Of a stretch of 64,000 nucleotides of DNA, positions 49,428-59,655 are shown one piece after another. This stretch comes from a virus. The stretch lies in IMG/VR virus record IMGVR_UViG_3300045988_183127; one strand, given 5' to 3'. The number at the start of each line of letters is the position of its first letter. Positions within the stretch are counted from its first letter, which is position 1. Under the pieces are notes generated by a model that did not search any database, had not been told where the DNA came from, and worked only from the letters and a program-made list of their open reading frames with translations. The position numbers and the translations under genes were made by a program.

Positions 49428-50747
49428 TTAATGAGTAATAATATTAGATAATGCAGTCATAATTTCTTCATTATTTTCTATTATTTGGTTTTTATCAAAG
49501 CCAATTATATACTGAACATAAAAATTATAAAGGACATCATAACTGATTTTGTAATCTAAAATTGACTTATCATTAATAACAGGGGCAAAATTATATTCTA
49601 TGCATAATTGCAATGACTTTAAATTTGCATATTTACCTTTAATAGCCTTTGAAATATCATTAATCCATAAAACATTATGTCCTGCTTCAAATTGATTCAT
49701 ACGCAAAGCTGTATATTCAATTTGGAATAATGACTTCTGTTCTTCAGCGGTAAATAATCTTTCAGGCTCAGCATACAATTTTTTAATATTTATAATATTA
49801 TTTGACATAAATTCAAGAATATTACAAATAATTCCACTACCAGTTATTGCTGTTACATTATCAATAGACGATGCTAAAATAGCGTGTTCCTTTAATTTTC
49901 CCTCTGGAATATCAATCAAAAGATTATTTGCTACAGAATTCATTTCTTTTGTTAATGTTTTTTTTATCTGTTTAATAATTTTTGCCTCAAAATATGTCGC
50001 TTTTATCATACTAAGTTCCTTAATATGATATTTTTCATATAATTCCACACCTAATATTTTTTGTAAATTATGTTTTGCTTCTATATCAGGGACAATAATG
50101 GTTTTGTTTTCATCAGTCTTTATATATAAAGAATATCTGAACACAGAAAAAGGGATACTTTTTATTGAACTGTAATTTTTATATATATTTATTCTTTCAT
50201 TTAAAAAATTTGTTATATTATTTAATTCATCTTCTGTAAGATTTGATTTTTTCTCATTAACACTATAATGAGCTAAGAAATCTCTTATTGTATTTCCTCC
50301 ATAAATTTCAGTGCCGTTATGATTTTTTATGACATTACCGGCATTAATAATTTTGTCAGGAGTCATAAAATAATTTAAATCTAATCCTTTTAATTTAAAT
50401 ACCAAACCCTTATAAATCATTCCATAAGCTAAATCGGCTAATTCGATAATAGAGCGTGTAGCTAAATTTTCAATATTTAATTTAACAACATCATCATATT
50501 TAAATAAATTAATAAGTGCATTCTTTTTTGCATTATATCCATTTTGTAAATTATAAATATGTAATGGTGATAATTCTAATATATGCCTGCCGCACATATA
50601 TCCATACATTGTTTTATAAAAAATATCACATTTGTTATAATCATATTTAAATGCTTTTAAAATTTCTTTAGGATATTTCCTATTTGCTCTTTTTTTTACA
50701 TTATTGTTTTTATTACTATTTTCTTTAAATTCAACTTTTGTTATCAT
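49428..50747 (-). CDS. hypothetical protein
   Basis: 439-aa ORF. Confidence 0.45.
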   Translation of the reverse strand: MITKVEFKENSNKNNNVKKRANRKYPKEILKAFKYDYNKCDIFYKTMYGYMCGRHILELSPLHIYNLQNGYNAKKNALINLFKYDDVVKLNIENLATRSIIELADLAYGMIYKGLVFKLKGLDLNYFMTPDKIINAGNVIKNHNGTEIYGGNTIRDFLAHYSVNEKKSNLTEDELNNITNFLNERINIYKNYSSIKSIPFSVFRYSLYIKTDENKTIIVPDIEAKHNLQKILGVELYEKYHIKELSMIKATYFEAKIIKQIKKTLTKEMNSVANNLLIDIPEGKLKEHAILASSIDNVTAITGSGIICNILEFMSNNIINIKKLYAEPERLFTAEEQKSLFQIEYTALRMNQFEAGHNVLWINDISKAIKGKYANLKSLQLCIEYNFAPVINDKSILDYKISYDVLYNFYVQYIIGFDKNQIIENNEEIMTALSNIITH

Positions 50748-50810
50748 ATAAATCCTCCAAAATATATTAATCTTATATTGTTTGATAGAAAATTAATTCT
50801 ATATAATATA

Positions 50811-50820
50811 TATGACAGAA
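50811..50820 (-). promoter_or_regulatory. TTCTGTCATA box next to the terminator hairpin disrupted by the IS
   Basis: 65 nt upstream of 49428..50747 start; reconstructed pre-insertion hairpin AAAACAGGG-caatatata-CCCTGTTTT. Confidence 0.55.
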
Positions 50821-50904
50821 CAAAATAAAAAACAGGGCAATATTGATATGATACCTCTTAAGTAGACATGGTAAATAACCAAAATCTATTTAAGGGGTAT
50901 TTTT

Positions 50905-51588
50905 ATGTCCAGAAAATCTAAGTATTCTATAGAACAGCGAGTACAAGCATGTGAAGACTATCACAATGGAACTCGTAGTTTAGAAGAAATATGTATAGCT
51001 CTCGGAACTACCAGAAAGAAAACTATCCGTGAGTGGTTAAAAAAATATGAGAAGTACGGAGTATCTGCTTTTCAGGAAAAGTCATATAACAAAAGTTATA
51101 CAAAAGAATTTAAAATTCAAGTAGTGGAAGAATATATAAGTGGTTATGGTTCACTAGAGGAACTGATTGTAAAATATGATATTTCTTCTACAACCCAACT
51201 ACGAAAATGGATTTCAGTGTATAATGCCAATAGAGAACTTAGGGACTATTGTCCAAAACCGGAGGTCTATATGGCAGAAGCAAGAAGAAAAACAAGCATT
51301 GAAGAACGCAAAGAAATCGTAAAGTATTGTATCGGACATAATCGTAATTATAAAGAAACTGCAAGTGCTTATGATGTCTCATACAATCAAGTCTATTCTT
51401 GGGTAAAAAAGTATGATGCACTAGGTGAAGAAGGATTAACAGATAAGCGTGGATGTCATAAAACGGATGAAGAGGTAGACGAATTGGAACGTCTTCGTCG
51501 GGAAAATGTACGTTTAAAGAAGCAACTCAAAGAAAAGGATATGTTAACGGAACTGTTAAAAAAAGTACAGGAATTCGAAAGGATGTGA
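50905..51588 (+). CDS. IS3-family transposase OrfA (HTH, leucine zipper)
   Basis: 227 aa; slippery A AAA AAG at 51558-51564 near its end. Confidence 0.8.
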   Translation: MSRKSKYSIEQRVQACEDYHNGTRSLEEICIALGTTRKKTIREWLKKYEKYGVSAFQEKSYNKSYTKEFKIQVVEEYISGYGSLEELIVKYDISSTTQLRKWISVYNANRELRDYCPKPEVYMAEARRKTSIEERKEIVKYCIGHNRNYKETASAYDVSYNQVYSWVKKYDALGEEGLTDKRGCHKTDEEVDELERLRRENVRLKKQLKEKDMLTELLKKVQEFERM

Positions 51589-52550
51589 GGCTCGGAAAAC
51601 TTCGCTATAATTCGGAATTTATAGCAATAAAGTTTTTCTATGAAACAAAGAACTGGAGTATTAATTGGATGTGTAAACAGCTCGAAATATCAAGAGCTGC
51701 CTATTATAAGTGGTTGAATCGTGAGATACCTGAACAGGAAGCAGAAAATATGAAGTTGGCAGAACTTATAAAGGAGTACGATGAGCGCTTTAATCACATC
51801 CTGGGTTATAGAAGAATGACCTCTTGGATTAATCACTTTAACCATACTGATTATAAACCGAAGAGAGTACATCGAATTATGAAGAAGTTGGGTATTCATT
51901 CAGTCATTAGACGAAAGCAGAAAAAATATACTTCTTCGACACCGGAAGCAGTAGCTGAAAATAGATTAGGCAGAGACTTTTATGCAACTGCACCAAATGA
52001 GAAGTGGACAACTGATGTAACAGAGTTTAAGATTCCAGGTGAGAAAAAGAAACTTTATTTAAGTGCCATTCTTGACTTATATGATAGATACCCTGTTGCG
52101 TATGTTATCAGCACGAGAAATAATAATGAGCTCGTATTTAAAACCTTTGATAAAGCTATTGCCGCAAATCCTGAAGCTAAACCATTATTTCATAGTGATA
52201 GAGGTTTTCAGTATACAAGTAAGGTATTTCAAATGAAACTTAAGGAACATAAGATAGAACAATCTATGTCCAGAGTTGGACATTGTATAGATAATGGACC
52301 TACTGAAGGATTCTGGGGTATCATAAAATCAGAAATGTATCAGATGTACGATATAACAGATGAATCTTCATTAAGATTTGCAATAAAAGATTATATTAGA
52401 TTCTACAGTGAAGAACGACCACAAGACAGGTATCATTGCAAAACGCCACTAGAGGTAAGAGCTGAAGCATTATCTACAGCAACACCACAACAGTATCTTA
52501 TTCCTAAAAATAAACGAATTGAAAAATATAAAGAGAAATGGTGTGCATAG
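51585..52550 (+). CDS. IS3-family transposase OrfB (DDE/rve integrase core)
   Basis: 321 aa with conserved DDE context (WTTDVTEF, HSDRGFQYTS, DNGPTEGFWGIIKSE). Confidence 0.85.
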   Translation: MRLGKLRYNSEFIAIKFFYETKNWSINWMCKQLEISRAAYYKWLNREIPEQEAENMKLAELIKEYDERFNHILGYRRMTSWINHFNHTDYKPKRVHRIMKKLGIHSVIRRKQKKYTSSTPEAVAENRLGRDFYATAPNEKWTTDVTEFKIPGEKKKLYLSAILDLYDRYPVAYVISTRNNNELVFKTFDKAIAANPEAKPLFHSDRGFQYTSKVFQMKLKEHKIEQSMSRVGHCIDNGPTEGFWGIIKSEMYQMYDITDESSLRFAIKDYIRFYSEERPQDRYHCKTPLEVRAEALSTATPQQYLIPKNKRIEKYKEKWCA

Positions 52551-52667
52551 AAAAACGACCGTACACTTTATACGGTCGTTTAGCAACACTTCATTTTAGA
52601 TATTTAACCTGTCTACTTGACAGGGGGCATATCATATATACCCTGTTTTAAATCATTAATTTGCATC

Positions 52668-53027
52668 CTAAATATTCATTTCTAAATATTTTTCTTGTTC
52701 ATCATTTAATGCATCATATATTTCCGTAGAAGGAATTACTTCACAATTCATTAAACTATTATGATATGATTTTTCAGAAACATCATGACGTAAATGATCA
52801 ATAGGAACTCTTAGATTCCACATTTTTATTGCTTCATCTTTAGTCTTACCCATTCCACCGCTGGCTCCACAGCCTCCTTTTGCGTAATCGCAAGTAATCT
52901 TAAAGCCATTAGTTTTAATAGGGATAATACTCATTGAGTCCCACTTTCTACAAAATGGACATCTTTTGAGTCCTACCTTATTTGTTTTATTTATTGCATT
53001 TGTTGACACTGTTGCTGTTGTTACCAT
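52668..53027 (-). CDS. Lar-family restriction-alleviation (anti-restriction) protein with extensions
   Basis: LKRCPFCRKWD...CDYAKGGCGASGGMGKTKDEAIKMWNLR matches the Lar pattern CPFCG...C..C...EAI..WNRR. Confidence 0.6.
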   Translation of the reverse strand: MVTTATVSTNAINKTNKVGLKRCPFCRKWDSMSIIPIKTNGFKITCDYAKGGCGASGGMGKTKDEAIKMWNLRVPIDHLRHDVSEKSYHNSLMNCEVIPSTEIYDALNDEQEKYLEMNI

Positions 53028-53057
53028 TATTGTATTCTCCTTTTTTCTAGTTGTTTT

Positions 53058-53570
53058 TTAAATTGATGAATTCGAAGAAGTAATTGTATGTTCAATATTT
53101 TCAATTCTTATATTATCATCAAATAATTTTTCTATTGGTGATTTGTCCTTATCGGAAATCAAATTATATTTATTAGCAATTCTTGGCATCATTCTATGTA
53201 AATCTTCAAGTTTAAAACTTCCGTAAAAACTCAGAAAATTCTCACGATTCATACTATAATTGCTATCAGAGTTTTTATAAAATTGATTTATTTCTCTTCT
53301 TAAAGCTTCTTGTATTATACTTGGAAGCTCTGATACACATGTATGACGGTCTACTATACCTGCATCATACCAGTTATACTTTTCTAAATCAGCCTTAGAA
53401 ATAATAGTTTTGGATAATAAAAATCCAAATGCAGTTATTCTTTCTGACTTTTCAGATTCATGCTTCTTTATAATGATATCTTTAGCTTCATTAAAATTTT
53501 GAAAAGCTATTGGCTCAATTGAATCCGGGATTTCCTCTATCGTATCTTTTAAAGCATAATATTTATACAT
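53058..53570 (-). CDS. hypothetical protein
   Basis: 170-aa ORF. Confidence 0.45.
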   Translation of the reverse strand: MYKYYALKDTIEEIPDSIEPIAFQNFNEAKDIIIKKHESEKSERITAFGFLLSKTIISKADLEKYNWYDAGIVDRHTCVSELPSIIQEALRREINQFYKNSDSNYSMNRENFLSFYGSFKLEDLHRMMPRIANKYNLISDKDKSPIEKLFDDNIRIENIEHTITSSNSSI

Positions 53571-53582
53571 AAAATTACCTCC

Positions 53583-53798
53583 TTAAGATGCCAATACAGT
53601 TGCATCAATAATATCGATTACTTTTCTCAATCCATCATTATATGTTTTGCTTCCGCAAATAATATTAATAATAGAATCCTGAGTTCTGTTATCATTTAAT
53701 ACACAAAAATCATCTGCTATTACCATTAATTGTTGTGCATCTGTAATTGGCATTAATATTTTTCTGTCACCTATCATTTTTTGATATCTCTTCTTCAT
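53583..53798 (-). CDS. small hypothetical protein
   Basis: 71-aa ORF, 12-nt gap to next gene; box 38 nt upstream. Confidence 0.35.
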   Translation of the reverse strand: MKKRYQKMIGDRKILMPITDAQQLMVIADDFCVLNDNRTQDSIINIICGSKTYNDGLRKVIDIIDATVLAS

Positions 53799-53913
53799 AA
53801 TTTTTCTCCTTTGGCTTTGTTATCATATATATTGAATGACAGAAATATAAAATAAGATAAAAAATATGATACTGTTTCTTAAATTAAAATCTTAAATGCT
53901 GTGATTGTTTAAA

Positions 53914-54528
53914 TTAGTGTTTAGAAAACCATTCTATCCATTTACTTGTGTCTTGTAATTCTATGAATTTACTAGAATATTTTACGCAATCATAGTGTCC
54001 TATTGTGATTAGCGCATAAATAATAAAATTATTTTCATCGTTATTAATTTTGCAATTATAAGATATATTTCTTTTATTCTTTTCTAAGCAAAAGAATTTA
54101 TTGTATATTTTTGTTTCATGATTAATTGACTGTAATACAACAACAATAATTTTATTATTTTTTTTAATACACATAAGATTTTTATTAAATAATTTTGATT
54201 CATATAATGAATAGACATTTTCTCCATCTCTAATTGTTCTATAGAAATATTTTTTTCGTTCATAATAACTTTCTTCCTGATCAATAATATAAAAATCACT
54301 TGATTGAAAATTAAAAACGAATAATCTGTTTTTATCTGAAAATAAATTATAATAATTATTGTTATATGCAAGTGTTCCACTTAAATCAATTTTGTTATTT
54401 TCAGAAAGTCTTGAATTTTGTATTATATGCTTTTTGTTTTCTTGTATGATATCTGGGAATTTTAATTCATATGAATACAGTCCATTTTCTTTTTTGGTAT
54501 TTTCAATACATGGTACATTAATAAACAT
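53914..54528 (-). CDS. hypothetical protein
   Basis: 204-aa ORF. Confidence 0.45.
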   Translation of the reverse strand: MFINVPCIENTKKENGLYSYELKFPDIIQENKKHIIQNSRLSENNKIDLSGTLAYNNNYYNLFSDKNRLFVFNFQSSDFYIIDQEESYYERKKYFYRTIRDGENVYSLYESKLFNKNLMCIKKNNKIIVVVLQSINHETKIYNKFFCLEKNKRNISYNCKINNDENNFIIYALITIGHYDCVKYSSKFIELQDTSKWIEWFSKH

Positions 54529-54641
54529 AATATCTATTTAACTCCTTAAATTAAAATCTTAATTAATAAATATATGACAGTTAAAAAATATTTTTTGAAA
54601 AACAATATAAAAAACAGCCATCAAATGATGACTGTTTTTGC

Positions 54642-55391
54642 TTAAGATTTTTTATTTTTAGCTTTTTTAATTATGCTCCAATCCTCTTCTGTGAAATATG
54701 GATACATATCATAGACTGCAAATTCTCCATCTTTTTTAGAAATTGTATATTCTAAAACAATATGAAGTCCATGACAGTCAAAAGGAATATCATAATTTGT
54801 ACCTTTTACAATTCCTTTTCCTATAACCGTATTAGATACTATATCTATAACTAAACGATTATGTCTTCTGTCGTTGTAATAAATATCTCTATCCTCACAC
54901 CAGTTCTGAATTTTAGAAATAATAGAGGTATTATTTGAAGCAATTAAAACTCTCTCTAATGCTTCAGATGCACTTTCTAATGAATCAAACCATGTAGGAT
55001 GGAAGGTACCATTCTTAGCGCCTTTAATTCCTTTCTTTTCTTTTGTAGCTTCAGAAATTTTATTTATAGCCCATGAAATTTCTGGAGCTATATGTTGTAG
55101 CACATGAGGAGTATGTTCCTCAACATAATCATTTGCTCCTGATCTGGTTTCAACCAAATCATTAGCTTCGAAATTGAAAAGATATTCTTCTGCATCATAA
55201 AATTTTTCGATATATGATGCTACATTAAAAAAATCCTTTTTATATGTGCCAGCCTTTTTGTCTGACATAATTTCATTTAATTCTGCCATAGTGCAGCGTT
55301 CCTTTCTTCGCAATGTGCGAACAAAAAAAGCTACCCTAAAAAGTCTATAAAGACATTTTAAGGTAGCTAAACAAATAGTTCTAATTTTCAA
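54642..55391 (-). CDS. hypothetical protein
   Basis: 249-aa ORF. Confidence 0.45.
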   Translation of the reverse strand: MKIRTICLATLKCLYRLFRVAFFVRTLRRKERCTMAELNEIMSDKKAGTYKKDFFNVASYIEKFYDAEEYLFNFEANDLVETRSGANDYVEEHTPHVLQHIAPEISWAINKISEATKEKKGIKGAKNGTFHPTWFDSLESASEALERVLIASNNTSIISKIQNWCEDRDIYYNDRRHNRLVIDIVSNTVIGKGIVKGTNYDIPFDCHGLHIVLEYTISKKDGEFAVYDMYPYFTEEDWSIIKKAKNKKS

Positions 55392-55397
55392 AATTAT

Positions 55398-55685
55398 TTA
55401 ATCTGGATTATATGGATATTCTATAAAGAATTCATATTCCGGATTGTCGCTCATTAAGCGGGCAATATTTTCTGCTTTGGATACATAATATGTATGTCTG
55501 TTATCCAACCCATCCTTTTCATTAAGCATTTCGCACTTAGCTCGTGTAACAATCTTATGAAACTGATTCCCGGATAAATCTACAATTATTTCGTTATCTC
55601 TATAGAAATAATCAATATTCTTTTTTTCAAGAATTTTGTTAATATAAGGAATTAATTCTTCTTTTGCCTTCTTAAAATGTCTCAT
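55398..55685 (-). CDS. hypothetical protein
   Basis: start reassigned to MRHFKKAKEEL (SD AAGGGAG); the track N-terminus would contain the promoter box at 55740. Confidence 0.4.
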   Translation of the reverse strand: MRHFKKAKEELIPYINKILEKKNIDYFYRDNEIIVDLSGNQFHKIVTRAKCEMLNEKDGLDNRHTYYVSKAENIARLMSDNPEYEFFIEYPYNPD

Positions 55686-55770
55686 ATATAAGACTCCCTT
55701 CTTGGAGTTATTCTCCATTAAATTTATTGATAAAAAATATATGACAGAAAAAACAGTATATGTTAAAGAT

Positions 55771-58104
55771 TTATCCAAACTGTTGTCTTTTTATTAAAAT
55801 ATTATTATATATTTCATCCCAGTATTTATTTATAGCATCAATTTCTTGTTGATCAGTTAATGCGTTCTTATCGATAATAACATCATCAAGACTTTTTATA
55901 ACAGTATTAGCAGTTTTATAATCTGAAATATTAGCATTCTCAGCTTCTTTTAAAGCATCATATGCTTTTTTGTAACAAAAACTGGCATTTTCATAATTAG
56001 GAAAATCGATTTGAAAAAAATCTTTTTTACCAGAATTATAATTACATTTTTTCCCTTCCCAGTCAATATAATGCTCATAAATAGTTTCAGGTTTCTCAAA
56101 TTCCTTATTATCTAAATTCTGGTGCAAATATTCATTAAACTGCTTCCATATTTCTCCACATATTGCTGAACCATTATCAAAATTTTTAGGAATATCATAT
56201 CCGGTCCATATACATGTTGTGTAATATGGTGTATATGCACATAGCCAAGAGTCCTTGTTATCATTCGTTGTTCCAGTTTTTCCTGCACAAATCTGATTAT
56301 CTATTTGATAATTTTTGACGTATCCTTCTGTAAAATTTGAAATTAAACAATCTGTCATCATATAAGCGGTGCCTTTTTTATATACTTGAATATCTTCTTT
56401 ATTTTGATATATTTCTTCATTTTGACGCAACATATGTTTGATACATGTATTATTATTGTATTTACCATTATTAGCTAATACATTGTATGCTTTAGTCATG
56501 TTTTCTACTGTCACCCCATTTGTAAAACCACCTATGGCAATTGCAGCATTATTATTATCTTCATATGAAATATTATAAAAGTGCATTTTATTTAAATACT
56601 CTAAACAATTATTTATTCCAACATTCATTAATGTTTTAACAGCCGTTGTATTGACTGATTGTAATAAAGCTGTTCTTACTGAAATATTGCCTCTGTAATA
56701 TCCATCATGATTTTTAGGCTGGTATTTACCCTCAAGTGGAGAATCCAAAATCATAGATGATGGATGATAGTCTAAAATATCAAAAGCCGGAGCATAATCT
56801 AATATTGGTTTAATGGAAGAGCCTGGTTGTCTAGGAGATTGATATGCTCTATTTATATATTCATTATCTTCTTGTCCACCTATAATTGCTCTAACATATC
56901 CAGTTTCATTATCAATACACATGGATGATGTTTGAAGAAGATGCCGCCCATCCTCGGATAAGCTGTTATCATATTGTGATAAAACATTTTTTGAAATTTG
57001 TAATAGCTCAAGCTGCTTATCTTTATCTATTGAAGTATATATCCTGTATCCTCCAGTTAATATTTCTTCTTTGTACTTAGAGTATATTCTATTATATTGA
57101 TTAATATAATCTTGCTCATCTTCTGAAGAATCAAAAAGGTATTTAAAATTAAATCCATTCATTTCCATAAGATATTCAATAGAACATTTAAGTGCATATG
57201 AAAATTCATAAGATGTTGGTAAATCAGATGTTTCTTTATATAAAATTAAATCAAGAGGATCTTCTAATGCTTCATTGTATTGTTTTTCTGTAATTATTTT
57301 CTGATTATACATTGTATTAAGGACTTGATTTCTTTTACATATTGCTAATTCATAATTTGTTTCAGGATTATATTTTGTAGGGGCATTTGAAATACCTATT
57401 AACATTGCGGCCTGAGATATTGTTACATCAGATGCATCACATCCAAAATAATATTTACAAGCTGCCTGAATTCCGTAACAATTGCTGCCATAGAAATTAG
57501 AGTTTAAATACATTTCAAGTATTTGTTCTTTAGAATATGATTTTTCCATTTCAAGTGATGCTATTATTTCAGTAAGTTTTCTATCTATTGTTTTGTCTGA
57601 ATTTTTTATAACAATATTTTTTACAACTTGTTGTGTGATTGTACTGCCGCCCTGAGTTATTTTCCCTTTATTCTTTATATAAGCCAAAGAAGCTCGTAAC
57701 AATGCTTTAGCATCAATACCTTTATGAGTATAGAAATTCTTATCTTCCACAGCAATATATCCTTGTATTATATAATCACTGACATCGCTGATATTAACAT
57801 ATTCATAAGAACCGTTAATATTAGCTGCCATTAATGTGCCATCATCATAATAAAAATATGTATTCAGTTCTTTATTAAATTCATCTTGGTTCATATTTTG
57901 TAATGACTCATATGCATTTTCCTGTGCCAATTTGAATTTACTGTAAAATTTAATATAAAATACTGATAATGATATTAAGGATAATAATATGACTATCATA
58001 ATAATCAATATAAAAATTTTAAATATGATTAAAAGATGATTTTTCCTTTTTTTTAGTGGAATATTTTTATCATCATTATAAAGTGGTTGTTTTTTAGAAC
58101 TCAT
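55771..58104 (-). CDS. class A penicillin-binding protein (GT51 transglycosylase + transpeptidase)
   Basis: N-terminal TM; GT51 motifs AVEDKNFYTHKGID, GGSTITQQVVKN; transpeptidase SSIKP (SxxK), SVN, KTGT. Confidence 0.8.
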   Translation of the reverse strand: MSSKKQPLYNDDKNIPLKKRKNHLLIIFKIFILIIMIVILLSLISLSVFYIKFYSKFKLAQENAYESLQNMNQDEFNKELNTYFYYDDGTLMAANINGSYEYVNISDVSDYIIQGYIAVEDKNFYTHKGIDAKALLRASLAYIKNKGKITQGGSTITQQVVKNIVIKNSDKTIDRKLTEIIASLEMEKSYSKEQILEMYLNSNFYGSNCYGIQAACKYYFGCDASDVTISQAAMLIGISNAPTKYNPETNYELAICKRNQVLNTMYNQKIITEKQYNEALEDPLDLILYKETSDLPTSYEFSYALKCSIEYLMEMNGFNFKYLFDSSEDEQDYINQYNRIYSKYKEEILTGGYRIYTSIDKDKQLELLQISKNVLSQYDNSLSEDGRHLLQTSSMCIDNETGYVRAIIGGQEDNEYINRAYQSPRQPGSSIKPILDYAPAFDILDYHPSSMILDSPLEGKYQPKNHDGYYRGNISVRTALLQSVNTTAVKTLMNVGINNCLEYLNKMHFYNISYEDNNNAAIAIGGFTNGVTVENMTKAYNVLANNGKYNNNTCIKHMLRQNEEIYQNKEDIQVYKKGTAYMMTDCLISNFTEGYVKNYQIDNQICAGKTGTTNDNKDSWLCAYTPYYTTCIWTGYDIPKNFDNGSAICGEIWKQFNEYLHQNLDNKEFEKPETIYEHYIDWEGKKCNYNSGKKDFFQIDFPNYENASFCYKKAYDALKEAENANISDYKTANTVIKSLDDVIIDKNALTDQQEIDAINKYWDEIYNNILIKRQQFG

Positions 58105-58382
58105 AATTATTCTCCTTTATATTTATTTACACAATAAATATGACAGAGAATAACAAAAAGCTCCCACCATTAAGGTGAGAGCTATAATCAAAGTTGCTAG
58201 TAGAATTGTAAAATTCTATTAAAGTGTATTTTTACGACAAAATTACCGGCTTTAACAAAAGTGCTAGTCTTTGAGGAGACATATATGTATGCCTAATATA
58301 TACCGACAATATTTTATCACATTGTAAATTATAATACAATATTGATTTAATCATTATATGACAGATTTTTGACTGCAAATTT

Positions 58383-59516
58383 TTACATAATTTTATTTTT
58401 GCCTGTTCTTTTAGCTTTATACAAATTTTTATCTGCTGCATCAAATAAATCGTGAACGGTATTATTTTTCTTATATTCTGTTATTCCTCCAGAGAAAGTA
58501 AATTGCTGCGGAATATTCTCATATTTAATATTGTTGAATTTAATTCTGATATCGTTAATTATATTATATGCCTCAGTATATTCATAATCTGCAAATAATA
58601 TTCCGAATTCTTCGCCTCCATATCTGGCGACAAAAATATTTGATTGGTTAATATTTTGAAGTTCCTTAGCTAAATTAATTAAAACAGTATTTCCAAATTC
58701 ATGTCCATATGTATCGTTAACTGATTTAAAATCATCTATATCTATTATACAAAAATAAAGTTTCTTCTTATATGATATCCATTTCTTTGTTGTATTAAAA
58801 AGAGACCTATAATTATCTAATCGAGTTAATCCATCTTGTGAAATTTCTTTTAATAATTGCGCATTTCTATTTTCAGATAAAACCAGTTTAAGTTCTTTTT
58901 CTTTCTCATATTTAATAACAAGTCTCGAATAAATATATGCAAATATTGTTATGATACATGATAAAAACATATATATTAAATAATTTGGTGGTAACTTATT
59001 TAATTCAGAGATTGATGATAATGAGATTGTAATTATTTCAAATTGACTTATCAAAAATAATTGCCAATTAACCTTGTTACTCCCATATACAATACACATA
59101 AAAATTGGGCAGGCTATTAATGTATATAATACCGGATAATTATAATGAATGATAATTGAAACCACTATAATTAAAGTTAAAATATACAAAGGCATGGCTT
59201 CATATATTTCTGGTATAATATTATCTTGATATTTTCTTATGATTTGTCTACCGGTAAACCATATTATTAAATTAGATGTAGTAGGTGTAAATACATTCAA
59301 TATAATATAAGATAATATATTTATTGTTTGTTTTTCTATTATTATATGTATTGGTATAAATAATAATTCAAAAACAAATATTGTGATTATTATAAGAAGG
59401 TTAATAGCCATTATTTTATTTTGAAATTTATTATACAAATATGCGTATAAACTGGTTTGTTTTTCTGTATGCTCTATTGTATTATCTTGTATTTTAATTT
59501 TTTCTATTGTTTTCAT
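58383..59516 (-). CDS. membrane-bound diguanylate cyclase (GGDEF domain)
   Basis: ~6 TM N-terminal domain; DDFKSVNDTYGHEFGN and RYGGEEFGILF (GGEEF active site). Confidence 0.85.
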   Translation of the reverse strand: MKTIEKIKIQDNTIEHTEKQTSLYAYLYNKFQNKIMAINLLIIITIFVFELLFIPIHIIIEKQTINILSYIILNVFTPTTSNLIIWFTGRQIIRKYQDNIIPEIYEAMPLYILTLIIVVSIIIHYNYPVLYTLIACPIFMCIVYGSNKVNWQLFLISQFEIITISLSSISELNKLPPNYLIYMFLSCIITIFAYIYSRLVIKYEKEKELKLVLSENRNAQLLKEISQDGLTRLDNYRSLFNTTKKWISYKKKLYFCIIDIDDFKSVNDTYGHEFGNTVLINLAKELQNINQSNIFVARYGGEEFGILFADYEYTEAYNIINDIRIKFNNIKYENIPQQFTFSGGITEYKKNNTVHDLFDAADKNLYKAKRTGKNKIM

Positions 59517-59655
59517 AATAATATTTATTAATCACTGAATCCCTTATCTTCAGATAAGGGAAGAAGTAATTCTCCTTCCTGCTATATTGCATCTTTTTGT
59601 TTCTAATATATGAGCATTTTACAAAGTTATTATCATTTTTTTATTAAATCTAACA

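Larger units (their letters stand above)
50844..52635 (+). mobile_element. IS3-family insertion sequence (orfA-orfB with -1 frameshift), flanked by TAT duplication
   Basis: imperfect terminal IRs TGATATGATACCTCTTAAGTAGACATGGTAAATA (50844-50877) vs reverse complement of 52601-52635; TAT at 50841-43 and 52636-38; only plus-strand genes in the window. Confidence 0.8.

Noticed and set aside
1306-58376. Reading the type-B distal element on the plus strand as a sigma-70 -35 (TTGACA/TTTACA) for antisense promoters
   Set aside because: A matching -10 at 17-bp spacing is not consistently present, and nothing is encoded on the plus strand. The element is more parsimoniously part of the minus-strand terminator/promoter cassette.
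1745-58444. Minus-strand track ORFs nested in or overlapping larger genes (1745..1939, 18000..18182, 27917..28171, 28403..28636, 31688..31876, 51239..51421, 51690..51899, 54084..54380, 58232..58444) and the 60-aa ORFs 7297..7479(+)/7492..7674(-) in the iteron region
   Set aside because: They are alternative frames of real genes, or sit in a non-coding region, with no SD or box and low-complexity products. They are more plausibly non-coding.
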